Shown: positions 24,186-39,700 of the stretch, in pieces | Numbering within the stretch: the first letter of the stretch is position 1 | Layout: every line of letters starts with the position of its first letter | Assembly (NCBI GenBank): GCA_965153455.1 | Contig: OZ234493.1 | Coordinates: forward strand, 14,126,213 to 14,190,212 | Direction of reading: 5' to 3' | Source of the DNA: Sphagnum compactum | Lineage: Eukaryota | DNA: 64,000 nucleotides | Notes under the pieces: model-generated | The model's database searches: none | What the model saw: only the letters and a program-made list of their open reading frames with translations | Told to the model about the DNA's origin: nothing | Translations under genes and position numbers: made by a program

Positions 24186-25641
24186 ACATTAATTATTGAA
24201 GGACGCATAAAAGAATCAATTGAAAAACATGAACTAGAAGGAACATCATATTCATCAAGGTTTAGAAAAATGTAAGGATTAAAAAAATGACCAAATAGAT
24301 TAGGATTACATTTAGGAGGAGACAACACATGAAATTGAGAAACATTTTCTATCAGAGAACAAGAATTGATAAACAATTCATCACCACAATGATAATCAAC
24401 AAAGATGTTAGAACCATCAGTTGACCACACTAAATTATTAACATAAAAAATAGAACCAGAAGGAAGACTAATAAGAGGACCATTAAACATTGTACAAAAA
24501 CAAAAATATATATAAAAAAGGGAAAGAATACTTTATAAGACAATGTTCGTGGTTGTAACCACACCAACACCTACGCCATAGAAATACACATTGAATATGA
24601 AATATAAATATTCTACAAAACAAAATAAATCGACATTAAAATCAATGTACACAACAAAACAAAACAAATCGACATTAAAATCAATGTACACGACAAAACA
24701 AATAGAACCCATAAAAAAAAAAACAAGGTATACATCCCTATAGGACATAATCGCACACATGATGTTTGTGTGGTTGTAATCACAAAATTGAGAAACTTGT
24801 AAAAAACACAAAAACACAAGAATTAAAAACAACACAAGTTGCACAAAAAAAAAGATTTCATGTTGTAAAAAAATTAGCAATGCAAGATCATTTGTGATGT
24901 AGAAAAATCAATGATGCACGAGCAATTGCAATGCAAAAAAATCAATGATGTAACAACAATTGCAATGTAAGAATATATGATGCAAAAGAATTAGCGATGC
25001 AACAACAATTGTAATGCCCGCGAGAACACTTGTGATGCAAAAGAAGTTGCAATTGAATTGAACCCATGGAGATTGCACAATTAAACATAAACATGGCTAT
25101 AATATTGAAACCTAGAGGACAACGGTGTGGCAAGAGATGTTGAGTGAAAACTCACAAACAAACAACAATAGTAGAAATATATAAAACATGACAAAACAAC
25201 AAAATTACTGCACGCACAACCAAAAACAAACAATAGAAATCTTTGAAACACAATAAAGCAACAACACTATTGTGCACACAACCAAAAAACAAACAATAGA
25301 AACCTCCAAAGCACGATGAAGCAGTAACAGTACTTTGTGCACAACCAAAAACAAAGACGCAACACTGAGAAAACAAAAAGAGATGCAACACCTAAAGATA
25401 GAAAGACAATGCAATTGACATAAATGAGTTCCATTCCAAACTCAAAACCTTTTGCATCATGGGATCCACTTTTGCAAATGTTGTGCGATCCATTTTCGAC
25501 AAAAGCGATGCAAAGGACTTTCCATTTTTGGTGGAACAGCAAAGGTTGTGAAATGATGGAATCTGACAATGAAAAGGTGATGACAAACAAGAGTTGTCGA
25601 ATCTTACAATCTATAAAAAATGGACAACACTTTACATACGT

Positions 25642-25743
25642 GAAGGGCTTGTGTATGGGACCTTCCAGATTTTCACCCTGATCCTTGACCTCCTAGCCTC
25701 GGGCAGGATCTCAAATTCGATAGGTCCCATACACAGGCCCTTC
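25642..25743. repeat. 22-bp inverted repeat (1 mismatch) with a 58-nt loop
   Basis: GAAGGGCTTGTGTATGGGACCT (25642-25663) pairs with AGGTCCCATACACAGGCCCTTC (25722-25743). Confidence 0.9.
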
Positions 25744-26479
25744 TTCTATACCTTGAAACAATTTTTGGGTCTACAAAACCTATTAGTTATTCAAAAAATA
25801 CTTGAAAGCTTGTAGCCCTGAAACTTACTCAAACAACTCTCCTATAACAAATCATATCCAACCAACTTTTTCCCCTAATTGCTGAAGAACTACATACTTC
25901 TTCCTTACAATGCAGTTGGGCAATTTGACAAGCAAGATGCCCATGTGGCAATTCCAAGTCAATGAGGGGCTAATGTATAGCCAACTCAGCTAAAATGGAG
26001 AAGCGAAAAAAAAAAACACATAACATGTGCCCATTGCATTGATCATCAAAACCATAAGGAAATCATGCAAAGAATCAAAATGCATGGTACCAACTTTGTC
26101 GATTCCCCTTTTGCATCAAAGGGTATGGTGCTAATTGTTGATCAAAGTTGTTCTACCTCACATTGCTCAGTAGGCTATTCAAGTCTATTGCATACAATGT
26201 ACTCATACACACAACTATCATGATTCCAATTGATAGGTATACATTTGTTTGTAAGTTGTACTTTGAAATTTGAGAGGTCATTTCCCTGCAATGGTTTATT
26301 CTTTGCTTAGTTAAAGCCCTTGGCCATGGGCATTACCAAAATAAGGGCCCTTGTGAGGTGGAGCTGAGTAGAGGCCCAATTCTAGTAAAGCCAATGGTCG
26401 AGAGCTCTAACCGAGCATAAAAAACCTGCTCTAATATATATACTCTCCCATAATACCCATAATGCCCAGTACTGTAAAA

Positions 26480-27342
26480 CTTACTCTAGGAACATGATGA
26501 GAATTTCAAAAGCCAAAAAAAAAAAAAAAGCTTTCAACATGTACTTTTTTGGGAGTATTAATACCTAAATAGTAAATGCCAAACAAAAATACCATTGAAT
26601 CATAATTTAGTATATAATAATACCTAAATTGTAACATTATTCTTACTACTGAACATAATTGACAAAACTTAATTAAGTAATCCCCAAGCACATGTGGAAG
26701 GGAAGCTTGCCTGTGAGTGCAATTCTTTCATACACCAAATTTGGAGGAAACATTGGTGGGAACACTTGTCGGTTTTGAAAATAATAATACCCAATAGTGT
26801 AACTTAGAGAGCATCTCCTGCGGTGCTCAGTAAAATTGGATAAAGAAAATCCGCCCTATATCAAGAAAATCCACTGTTCGAGTGTAATACTTATGATCTA
26901 ACTGCTGCTCAGTGTTTCTGATTGGCTCATCATAATGATTGGTCCGGGTGGTTTGCTATTAGTAGTCCCCCACCTGTTTGCTGTCGCAGTTTCTGTTTTA
27001 TGGGTGGGGTTGCAAAAGAGTACGTACATAACTAAACTTGGATGTGAAATATATATTCGCAGGGTCACATACTTAGCACTGCTGCTGTAGATGCTCTTTT
27101 TTACTCTAGAAACAAACATGATGAGAATTTCAAAAGCAAACAAAATTGTAATTTTGTTTTCAACATGTAAGTAAGTACCTTTTTTGGGGAGTATTAATAA
27201 AAAAATGCTAAACAAAATAGCATTGAATCATTATTTAGTATATAATAATGCCAAGTTGTAGAAAAAAATTCTTATTTACTGAACATAACTGACAAAACTT
27301 TAATTAATTAATTAATTAATTAATCCACAGGCAGCATGTGGT
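26480..27342 (+). repeat. ~230-bp imperfect direct repeat (26480-26700 and 27100-27342)
   Basis: Shared TTACTCTAG..AACATGATGAGAATTTCAAAAGC ... CATTGAATCAT ... ACTGAACATAA.TGACAAAACTT ... CATGTGG. Confidence 0.8.
26808..27097. mobile_element. Tourist/PIF-Harbinger-like MITE (~290 bp)
   Basis: Imperfect TIRs AGAGCATCTCCTGCGGTGCTCAGTA and TACTTAGCACTGCTGCTGTAGATGCTCT. A canonical TAA/TTA TSD is not clean. Confidence 0.6.
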
Positions 27343-27443
27343 GAAGCTGCCCCTGTGTACTGTGTGTAATGAGAGGGTGAAAGAAAAAGACGGTGTTCAT
27401 ATCATCTCTCATTTACAAAGCCCAAATGATGGGCACACTTGCA

Positions 27444-27500
27444 TTTGAATTTTAAAGGCGGGGAAAGAAAAAGAAAGACGAAGAAGAAAAGAAGGCGGGA
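27444..27500. promoter_or_regulatory. Candidate cell-cycle promoter elements upstream of CDKB: E2F-like GGCGGGGAAA (27457-27466), GGCGGGA (27494-27500), CHR-like TTTGAAT (27444-27450)
   Basis: Match to the plant E2F consensus WTTSSCSS on the reverse strand, upstream of a CT/TTG-rich 5' UTR. Motif match only. Confidence 0.4.
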
Positions 27501-28837
27501 TTGGAACATACGCGAGAGTCCTTAATCTTGATTAGGGCACTAATCTTAATACTAATCTTTGTATATTATGCTAATCCTGTTTTTGTTCATCCCCGTCTGC
27601 CTCTGTCGTTGTGGTAATCTCTTTCTTCTTCTTCACGTGTGTGTTTTTGTTTCCACCAAGACGCTGCCTGCTTCCCCGGCAAGCATTTTGTGCCTTGTGA
27701 GTTCTTTCTCCCTGTTGTTGTTGTTGTTGTTGTTGTCGTTTTGTGTTTTTGGCCTCCTTTTATGTCACCAACAACGCCTTAAAACACTAGGAAAGCCTTT
27801 CTTGTATTTGTGTTGTTGGCCTCTCTCTCTCTCTCTCTCTCTTGTCTTGTTTTTTGTGTTTTCCTGTTTTTTTCCGCCACGGCTGCCTGTTGCTCCTGCC
27901 AGGCTATTTGTGGAAGCGTCACAAGGGAGGGGGAGGGGCTGGAATATAGAACTGAGATGGCATCAAGCTTCTACGGCTTTAATTCCTTGCGATGGTTTTA
28001 TCTCTGGAAACAGGGAATTTGAAGAAGTGTATTAATCCGTTTATTTGATAATCATCGACATTCAGCATCACGTAATGGTCTTCTCCTCTCTTCCTGATGT
28101 CTTCGTTGTTCACCATCTGTGGAATAATCTCTCTGTGGCAGTTGCAAGATTCTAGCTCTGGGCTCTGTGCACCTCCGTCTCTTCTTTCAATTAAGCTTCC
28201 GAGACTTTTGACAAGCTCTATTTGCAGAAAGAAAGAGCGATCGATACACACCAGGAAATGGCAATCTGTTATTGTCACTCTTCAGAAGCGCCTATGTGGT
28301 AGTAGAAGGAAAACACGAAGAAGCTCTACAACATAGGAAGAAAGATCATCAAGAAACAGAAACTCGATGATGCTGTCGGTGGTACTGGCTCTGGTTCTTC
28401 TCTCCCTGTATATGTCATCGAATTTCTCCTTGCGTCGTCTCTAGGGAATCCGATTCCCAGCATCTTCTTCATTCGCGTTTCTTTCTTCTTTGTCTGTGCG
28501 AGGAGTTTCTTTCCTTCTTCGTTGTATCGGTGAAGCTTGTTACAGTCTTTTATGTATTGGCGGAGTGTTTCCTTTCTTCTCCAGACATGCGTTTACTCAC
28601 GAAAGCGTTCTGAAGCTCGTCAGTGCGGCATTCGTAGCCATATCTCTGCTTTGCGTTGTCAAGAACGGCGATCATGTTAGGCATTGCGTCTCCAGAGGAA
28701 GTCGACCAGAAGTCGTCCTCCAAGCTGCATGAGAGAATTTGGTCCTACCGTGCATTCATCGTGACAACACATCCGTGAAGCAAAGCGTCCCGGGCCGTGT
28801 CAATATCTCCTGGGCTTCTAGACCTTTCAGTTCCACG

Positions 28838-30984
<2,147 letters not shown>

Positions 30985-33316
30985 CATCATGCCATCCTTA
31001 TGAACTACTTGAGACATACAGATAGAAAATGTGCAACTGGATCTTGAACTGCTAGAATATTTTTTGTCCATGAGCTGGTGAACTAAGAGGACACTGATTT
31101 GCTCAAATCTCTTATCGGATTGCAGATCACTCTCTTGTCATCTGCTGTAGTCCTCTTTTCTGGTGGGCTTGCTCTTGATCCTGCCACTAATGTTTAAGTG
31201 AGAAATAATGCACATCATAGCTGACATGCTTTTGCAATCTACAGTTCTACCGCTGTAATAGTTTTAGAGACCTTTTAGTACCACCAAGCAATCTTTGTGT
31301 TCTCAGTCAATCATTCAGCCTTTTAGGTGATGTCAGAATTCTATCCCAAATTTTCCTCATACAATCAGTGATGCATAGCAGAAGGTAATTTGTGTCTGCT
31401 AGTCACTTCAGTCAGAGCCCGTCAGTTTGCGCTGCAGTGAAGTTTCTTGAAGTTCCGATCCCCTCGCCCAACCAACACTAATGTAACCCTAATTCCTTGC
31501 GCACTGGAGCAAGGGGTATTCATCTTTCACAGGAAGGGAGGATGGGTGGGGATCGAGCACTTGTGCCAGGTTGAGAAACAACATGGTCAGCAGTAGGAGG
31601 GAGTTCGGTACGGCACCATGACTGCCTAAAGGGTTTGGTTCCAGATACTGAAGCTTCAATGCAGCGCAAACCAAAGCTGGACACTGGTTGGTGGCAGGCA
31701 GCCAGACTGGAAATGGTAGGGGAGTGAAAGTTCAAAGAGGGGAAGCCATCACTGGTATGTTTTCTGGCCACCCACGCATTCCATTGGTTTGCAGTTAGCA
31801 CTAATTTCCCCTTTATATCATTCTGAAACCTTGAAACTTGAAAGGGAGAAGAATTTGTCATATTCGAATCTGTATTATATTCGAATGAATGTTAATTTTC
31901 GAAATTATATTATTTAATCATTTCATATCACAATATAATATTGATATATATATATTAAGGCTTGTTCCATGTAGGAATGCGGTAAGCTTGGTAGTAGGAA
32001 TTTTCATTTCCTTTAACGATAATGGGTTGATGAAGGCTTATTATAACAAAGCATAAATAGTTGTTCTCACTAAGGATTCATCAATTGTGCAAATCTTTCC
32101 TAAAATGTGAATAGGCAACACTTGTTTATTTGTTTCATTTTTGTTGAAATAAGATTGGTATAAGACAACAAAACCAATTACAGAATAATTAGTATTATTA
32201 TCCATGTTTTAAAATGTTCGGACCATTAGTCAATGTCTATTAAATAAAATTTTTTTTAATGAATTTCTTGTTATAGCATCATTAACTATCATCCTTGGAG
32301 AGATCTAGCATTAATTGATGGCAATTGTCTGAACTACAAATTGATTTCAGGCACTTTTCTATAGTTTATGAATTTCTAATGATATTTTTCAAAATATAAT
32401 TCTTAAAAAATTCAATAAAACATTTCTTTGTATTTTTATTGTTTTGAAAAAAAAATCCATGAAAATACTGTTGATGAAATGTTGAACACAATGAACCTTA
32501 ACTAATATCACTGAAAAAATGTGATTAAGAAAATGTATGTGTTACCATCAAGGTTTATTTCTTTAGATTTATGAAATTATTTTAGTAATTGGGTTTTTAA
32601 AAAATATAGCAATAAGTGTCAAAATGTTCAAGCATTATATTATTTTTCAAGACTGTTATTATAATTGGAAATTTTATACAACTCAAGAGCATTATTTCAT
32701 TTATTTTATTGAAAAAGTAACCAAGGTGCTTAAATTCACCATTAAACAGAAAAATACTAACCATTTATTGAATAATGGTCAATTCAAAATATATGTGGTG
32801 AATTTGAAATGTTTTTCAAGGCATGTGTGTTTGAAGGAATTTTTTGGTGCAATATATGTCATATGTTTTTATATATTCTGAAATGTAGACGTCATTTATT
32901 TCAAAAAAATTGAATAAGTAAGATAAATTTTTAATCTTTTCAAATATGTGGCATTAAATTGAAATTTTTGGGAAATACATGTCATTATTTTTCTATTGTT
33001 AACAAATATGTGTTGTGTTAAAACTTATGTTTATTTTTTGTGTTAAGTGAAATATCATTTGCTATGTGTATGTAACAATGTTTTTTTTAGAAAAAAGTGA
33101 TATTGCATTAATTATGAATAACCCAAGAAGGATTCAAGATGAAATGATGAAAACAAATTAGAACATGCTAAAAATGTGATATTTGTTTTTGAAATTTTGC
33201 AAAAATAAGATCCAAATTAAAATGTGATGAAATTTTTTTTTGCACATTTATTATGAGTTTCACACAAAAAAACAATTAACATACATGTTGGATGTTCCAC
33301 CACCCATCTTTTGTGT

Positions 33317-33950
33317 GAAGTTTTACACAATTAAAATATATGATGAAAATAAATATTACATTGTAAATTTTTTACTTTTCAAAAATAAAATCCTTATAGT
33401 TTGAAAAAAATTGGAAAACATTTTGCCTCTACTTGTTATTTGGTAGTAGTTTTTGTGCATATTTTTTAAATGCTGAAATAGGTCTTTAAAAACTTGTACC
33501 ATTTAATGTGAAATCTCTCTTAACATGTTTGTAATTGATTTTATATCAAAATAAAAAATCATGGTTTCATTAATGTTTATTGAATTTTTATTGGATTATT
33601 AATGTGGTGTGTTCTATTTATAATGCAAGTTTTGTAGTATCAAAAGATGTAAATTTAATGGAAAATGATGTTTTTTTAAATTTGTTTTAAAAAAATTATC
33701 ATTTAAAAAATATGTAAGACACATGCATATTTTTCAATCCCATTTTCAATAGTACATTTATCACGTAATTTTTGAAATGTGTTTGTAAATATTGGTCAAT
33801 TATTGGTGACCATATTAAATGTTATGAAATAGTTTAGAAGTATAAATTGTATATTGAGAAAAATATATATGTATATAAGACAATATGTTTTTTTCATATA
33901 TTCATTATAGTAGGTTTGCACATCAAATTTTAAATGAAGTATAACATTTA
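33317..33950 (+). repeat. ~630-bp AT-rich segment directly repeated at 43464-44095
   Basis: TGAAGTTTTA(C/G)ACAATTAAAATATATGATGAAAATAAATATTACATTG ... GAAGTATAACATTTAT at both sites, with a few substitutions. Confidence 0.9.
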
Positions 33951-34339
33951 TGTTTTGATGGTCTCTTGCTTTCAATAGCCTCTTTTTTGATCTCTTGCTT
34001 AGTCAAAAGTCTCACAATTTATTGCTTTCTAGGTCTACTAATTAGTCGTTTCTCTTTTCGCACAATTGATGACTTTGCATGGTTGCTACCACTTTCTTTC
34101 ATTTCTACAAGCTTTTTTTCACAATTTACATTCTTTCTTCCCTTGGAATTTTTTGAAATGAACTAGTGTTGAATATTTATCCTTTATTGTTAGTCATTTT
34201 GCACAAGTTTTGAAGCAAAATTTTTAAGAAAAATAAGCTAGGGAAAAAAACAAGTGCAATGTGAGAATGAGATTAAAACATTGCGAACGAATGCTACAGT
34301 TCAAGAACAAGAAATTTTTACAAGCATAACCAACCTTAT

Positions 34340-35159
34340 TGACGCGCTCCTTGGTTCCGGGGTGAACCCACTTGAGGGTTCACCAATGTGAAATTGCGGA
34401 AAATGGGGACCGAAGGGCACGCTCCCGACTTCCAACTCTAGAAAGGGGTAGAGGGTCGAGTTGGAAGCCCCGGGATTAGACTAGGAAGATGGACTAGTAG
34501 ATCAAGCACGAATCTGCATCCAAAACCAACCACAAATGGGTTAGTTCACATTCGGGAACACCCTTGGGTGTTGGGACAAGTCACGGGCACTTTGGACTAC
34601 TTGACTCACCACGGCCCGGACTTGGGGGAAGCCACCACCTTCCCCTTTATAGTTATCTCTGCAGCTCACCACGGAGGCTACATCCAAATGGCACATTTTG
34701 TTGGGACTCTCGAAATGGAGTCCCGAAACTGTCTCGGCGGGACTCCCGGGACTTTGAACGGTCATAACTCTCGATTCCGAAGTCCGATCGCGACGAGGTC
34801 TGAACCAAAGTTGTAGCCCTCGTCGAGATCTTTTCAACGCCATGTCGCACTCCCTGAGGCGACGTCGGGAAAGGGTCGATTCCCGACTTTTAGTGGTCGG
34901 GAGTCAAATTGCCAGTTTGACTCCCGGCCCTTCTTTTGCCCATAACTTGGGCTGCAAATGTCCAAATGGCCAATGCGAGGCCATTTTCGATATCTACGTT
35001 TCAAGACCTTTCCAATGACACCAAGAACACCCCAATGCGAGGTGTTTTGCCCCTTGCTGTCGAGCTCTAAACATTCGGGAGTCCCGGAAGACTCCAAACC
35101 TCCAACTTTTCCAAGTGTTGGGCTTCACCCCCACACTTGGACAAAGTGGGGTTGCGACA
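34340..35159. mobile_element. Solo LTR (820 bp) of an LTR retrotransposon
   Basis: GC-rich island starting TGACGC and ending GCGACA (TG...CA with short inverted termini). Perfect 5-bp TSD CTTAT at 34335-34339 and 35160-35164. Confidence 0.9.
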
Positions 35160-36316
35160 CTTATCATTTTTTAAACACAACATCATCATTTTTTAACCAT
35201 ATCCGACACTTAATTTATTAAAATTTTTTTTTTTCACATTTACTAGAACCAACCCGCTGTAGAAGCTTTTACTCAGGGGTACATATTCATTTATTTAATT
35301 AAAAATAAAAGAAAATTTCAACATTTTGAAAAATTAAAAACAATTTATAGATGTCAAATCCAATGTCAAAATGCAAGAATCAAACATTTACCACATGTTG
35401 CACTTTTACCACATGTTAACTAACCGTTCTAAATTTTATCTCAAATGATTTGCGTAAAGTTTTCACCTTCTCACCTATATACTTGGCACAAAGGGATGGC
35501 TCTACACCTCCCCATAGATAAATATATATTTGCGGAGCTTTTAAAGTTATAGTTTTGTTTTTATTTTCTATTTTTGATGATGGGCCAATCATATTGGTTA
35601 ATTGTAAACACTTGGGAGCTACCCCACTTCATTACTAGAATGTTAAACAAAGTTAAGGTTTAAGTTATACTTTAAAAAATTAAAATAAAAATACTTGCAT
35701 ATCAAAACATATCCAACTTCGGTATGGGTATTTCTTATATATAGATTTAGAGTTATGAATGTAAGATATAATTTTTCACATTGTTGTCCTATCAATGCAT
35801 AAGCTTTCACTTATGTTTTCAAAAAGAAAGAAGTAAAGAAAAAAAACGCTGCAGGAGCGGCTCCTTTTCAAAGTAGGCTACTGCTCCAATTAATGGTTTT
35901 CTTGGAGTCCCGGGTTCAAATTCAGGTAGCTAAACAAATTAAGAAAATAAATAAATGTTTCGTGATAACAATTTTAAATTTTTTAGTAAAGTGGGTCGGG
36001 ACCAGTGTTCGCCGGTTATTTCTTTTTGACCCGGTTATCATCCTGGGTACGGATCCGGGTACCAAAATAACCTACCTACCACGTCTGAGATTTAGGAATA
36101 CATGGGTAGGAACCTACCCGGCTCAGTATGAACTTTCAATACCCATTACTACCCTGTTGATAGGGTATGACTTTGGGAAAAAAAAGCACCCAACTTATAC
36201 CCTAATTAATGGGTTCAGGTGAAAAACACCTGGGTCAGTTATTCATCCAATCTTCATCCATGTATATTTGTTCATCCAAAAAGTTCCGTCCATTTAGGTT
36301 TTGTCTTTTTTGGCCT

Positions 36317-36325
36317 AAACCCTAA
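36317..36325 (+). promoter_or_regulatory. Telo-box AAACCCTAA upstream of SMC6 (mirror copy at 54838-54846)
   Basis: Motif match ~450 bp upstream of the ATG. A pyrimidine tract plus CAG acceptor ending at 36772 suggests an intron just before the start. Confidence 0.5.
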
Positions 36326-36773
36326 ACCTAAAGCGGCAAATCTATCATTCACAAGCTTGTTTGTTCAACAACTTTGTTTTTCGGCAATGACATTATGTAG
36401 CATTCACATCTTGTAGCACTATGGTTTATGAGTGAATGGTCATCATCTTCGACAATGTTATTTTTCTTCAGTGTTGTGAGTTCGAAGCGTTGGGATTTAC
36501 TTTCAATGCTATGAGTACGAATTTGGAGTGCAAGATTCACGAACACACAAAGGTGGGATTTGTGTCGGGACTTGGAATAGATTCAACCGTCCTCAACAAT
36601 CAATTCGTCAAGCTTTCCAAGAAATGTTTCTTTCTTATATTGTAAATGTGTGTGCAGAAGCTTAAGATTCCAGCAAGATCATAGCAGGAATGTTCGCCTT
36701 TTTGGGGGTTAGGAGAAGAGGTTTTCTAGATGGTGTTGCATGACACCATGCATTGGATCTTTTTTCTGGCAGG

Positions 36774-39700
36774 ATGGAAGAAATTGCAGAGAAGGCAGGG
36801 TCAATCAAGAGGATAAAACTGCAAAACTTCATGTGCCATAGTAGCTTGATCATTGAGCTTGAGGACCACGTGAATTTCATCACAGGGCAGAATGGGAGTG
36901 GCAAGAGCGCCATCCTCACTGCTCTCTGTGTTGCATTTGGAATCAAAGCACGGGGCACACAGCGGGCATCCTCCTTGAAGGATTTTATCAAGAATGGATG
37001 TGGCTATGGTTCTGTGTCGGTTGACATTAAGAATGAAGGAGAGGATGCCTTCAAACCTTCCTTGTATGGTAAGGTCATCACAGTGGAGCGCCGAATCACA
37101 GAGACCACCCAGACCTTCTGTATGAAGGATGAGAAGGGCAAGAAAGTTGCCGGCAAGAGGGAGGACCTTCAAGAGCTTTTGGACCATTTCAACATCGAGG
37201 TGGACAATCCTTGTGTCATCATGACACAAGACAAAAGCCGAGAGTTCCTCCATGCCGGGAGTGGCAAGGAAAAATTCAAGTTTTACTTTAAAGCTACACT
37301 GCTGCAGCAAGTGGCAGAGCTCCTGATGACAATACGGGAGAAAATTGAGAATGCAGGTGCTGTGGTTGAAGAGCTCAAACAGGAGATGGTGCCATTCATT
37401 GAGGAGCTCAAAACTCTAGATGAGCAGATCAGGAATGCGCAGGAAATTGAAGAGATGGCACAGCAGGTTGGTGTTCTAAAGAAGAAACTTGCTTGGTGTT
37501 GGGTATATGATACACAGAAGAAGCTCCAACTAGAAGCACAAAACCTTGAGAAGTTTCAGAGCCGCATTCCAACCTGCCAGAGAAAGATTGATGAAGCTGA
37601 GGAGGTGACCAAAAATGTGCAGGAGGCCATCCGCCTGAAGCGAGCTTCAATTGCTAGCCTACTTGAAACATCTAATCAACAGAGGAATTCCCAAAATGAG
37701 CTTCAGCAAGCACTCTCCCTAGCAACTCGGGAAAAAGCAGGATTGGAAGAGGACTTGAACAACAAGCAGCGTCAGATTGCAAGGCAGATGGAGCAGTTGC
37801 AAACACTTGAGCAACATGTTACAGAAGTTCGCAATCGTCATGTCCAGGATACTCAAGCTGAAGAGGCAGTAAGACAGGAGCAGTTTGAAAAGCTTAACCT
37901 GAATGTTGAAGCTGCGCAAAGTGAGCTCAGACAGATTCGAGAAGAGGAAGCAAACCTGCAAGGACAAGTTGATGCCATGAATCAGCAAGTCAATGGGATC
38001 AAGTCAGAAATGGAAGAGCTTGGAGCCAAGCTTCGAGATACACAGGGCTACATTCGGCGGCTCAAGTCCCAGCAGTCCAATGTGATGACCACGTTTGGAG
38101 GAGACAAAGTCCTGAAGCTGCTCCAAACAGTGGAGGCTCAGTCCCGTGGGTTTACAAGCCCACCAGTTGGCCCTCTTGGTTCACACACCGCACTGGTTGG
38201 AAATGATAAATGGTCACTTGCAATCGAAGTAGCGGTTGGCAAGCTCCTGAATGCTTTTATTGTCACCAATCAGAAGGATATGCTACTACTTCGTAAATGT
38301 GCCCAATGGTCAAACTATGGTTATGTTCAGATCATCATATATGATTTTGATCGGCCTCCTTTGCAGTTGCCACCACATCTGTTGCCTGACTCTAGTCTCA
38401 GGACTGTTATGTCAGTTCTTCAGTCTGATAATCATGTTGTCATGAATGTCCTGGTGGACCAGGGAAGCATTGAAAGGCAAGTCCTGGCAAAAGACTACAA
38501 CGAAGGGAAGCTCATTGCCTTTGGTAATTCTCATCTCAGTAACAATGTGAAGGAGGTTTTGACTGCAGATGGAATAAAACTGTTTTCTCGAAATGGTAGT
38601 GAGACTATACTGAACAGGGATCGGCGAGTCCAAGGGCGACTTGGGGTTCATGTTGGCCATCAATTGGAGACGGCAGAGGTTGAGGCCTCTGCACTGCAGG
38701 GAACTATCCATTCAGCTGAGAACCGCAAGAGAGCTGCTGCTGATTCTGCTCACAACTTCCAGATGCAATTACAGGCTACGAGAAGGAGACGACAGGACTT
38801 CCAGCGGAACATCACTGGGCTTGAGTTGCAATTGCGAGACATGCAAAATGCTGCTCAAGCAGAGTCGGCCATGGATGTGGAGCCTGATGTCAACGAGCTT
38901 GAAGGGGAGATTTCAAAGGCGAGGGAAGGGATACAGGCAAATGAAGACATGCTGGTGAAGTTGACATTCAGTCTTCAGAGGGCCCAAGAAAAGGTTGATG
39001 CAGCAAAAGCTCATTTTGATGCACTCCGGGAGTCAGCAAGAGGAGACATTGAAGCCACCGAGGTGGCTGAAGAAGAACTTCTTACCCTTGAGGAGGAACT
39101 CAGAACAGCTGTCCTCGCTTTAGAGCATTTTCAGAAAATCATGCAAACCAGGGTTTTACCGGACATATGTGAAGCTGAGAAAGCAGTTGAGAATCTCCGC
39201 CAGGAGTTAGAGGAAACCACTGGCAAAGCATCCCAAGTTTGTCCAGAGGAGGAGGTGACAGGTCTTGGTGGAGTTGATAAAAGCCCTCAGGAGTACAGCA
39301 TCATTCTTTGTCGCCTTCAAGATCAGGTGCGTAGGGAAGAGCGAAACAATGAGCCTCTAGAAGATCTTGAAAACAAGCGCCAGAAAATTGAGCGCCGTGT
39401 GGTGAAGAAAGAGCTCACGTATAAAAGCCTCAAAGGGAAGCTTGAACTTTTGGACGGAACTTATCAGATCCGATTAAAAAAGTTCCAAAAGAATGCTATT
39501 CGGCTTCGACAGCAGCTTACATGGCAATTTAATGGGCACTTACGAAAAAAGGGCTTCAGTGGGAGTGTCAAAGTGGACTACTCTACTGAGACGCTCTCGT
39601 TAGAAGTGCAGATGCCTCAGGATGTCTCTAACAGTGCTGTCAGGGACACCCGAGCTCTATCAGGTGGTGAGAGATCCTACTCCACATTGTCTTTTGCGTT

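Larger units (their letters stand above)
20780..25750 (-). mobile_element. Degenerate tyrosine-recombinase (Crypton-like, DUF3504-type) DNA transposon
   Basis: The minus strand at 22960-22320 gives PFGLNQRFEYFCMHLFFIKG (R-box-like), then in one frame LFLR...EVWFMTIRIGYN*L...LSNKTSRGVGITRMEEALVPCEYGVEVIGHMDPISYGK, intron 22399-22329, then YN. Internal minisatellites and a terminal hairpin at 25642-25743. Boundaries approximate. Confidence 0.65.

Noticed and set aside
31420-31861. Moderately GC-rich stretch with short minus-strand ORFs after CDKB
   Set aside because: No recognisable homology; it could be a UTR or gene fragment, but this is unsupported.
34541-35221. Several overlapping ORFs of 65-100 aa
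   Set aside because: They lie within the GC-rich solo LTR and show no recognisable domain.
35995-36235. Possible hAT-type MITE upstream of SMC6 (CAGTGTT...AACACCTG, GGGTA/TACCC motifs)
   Set aside because: The TIR match is weak and no 8-bp TSD was found.
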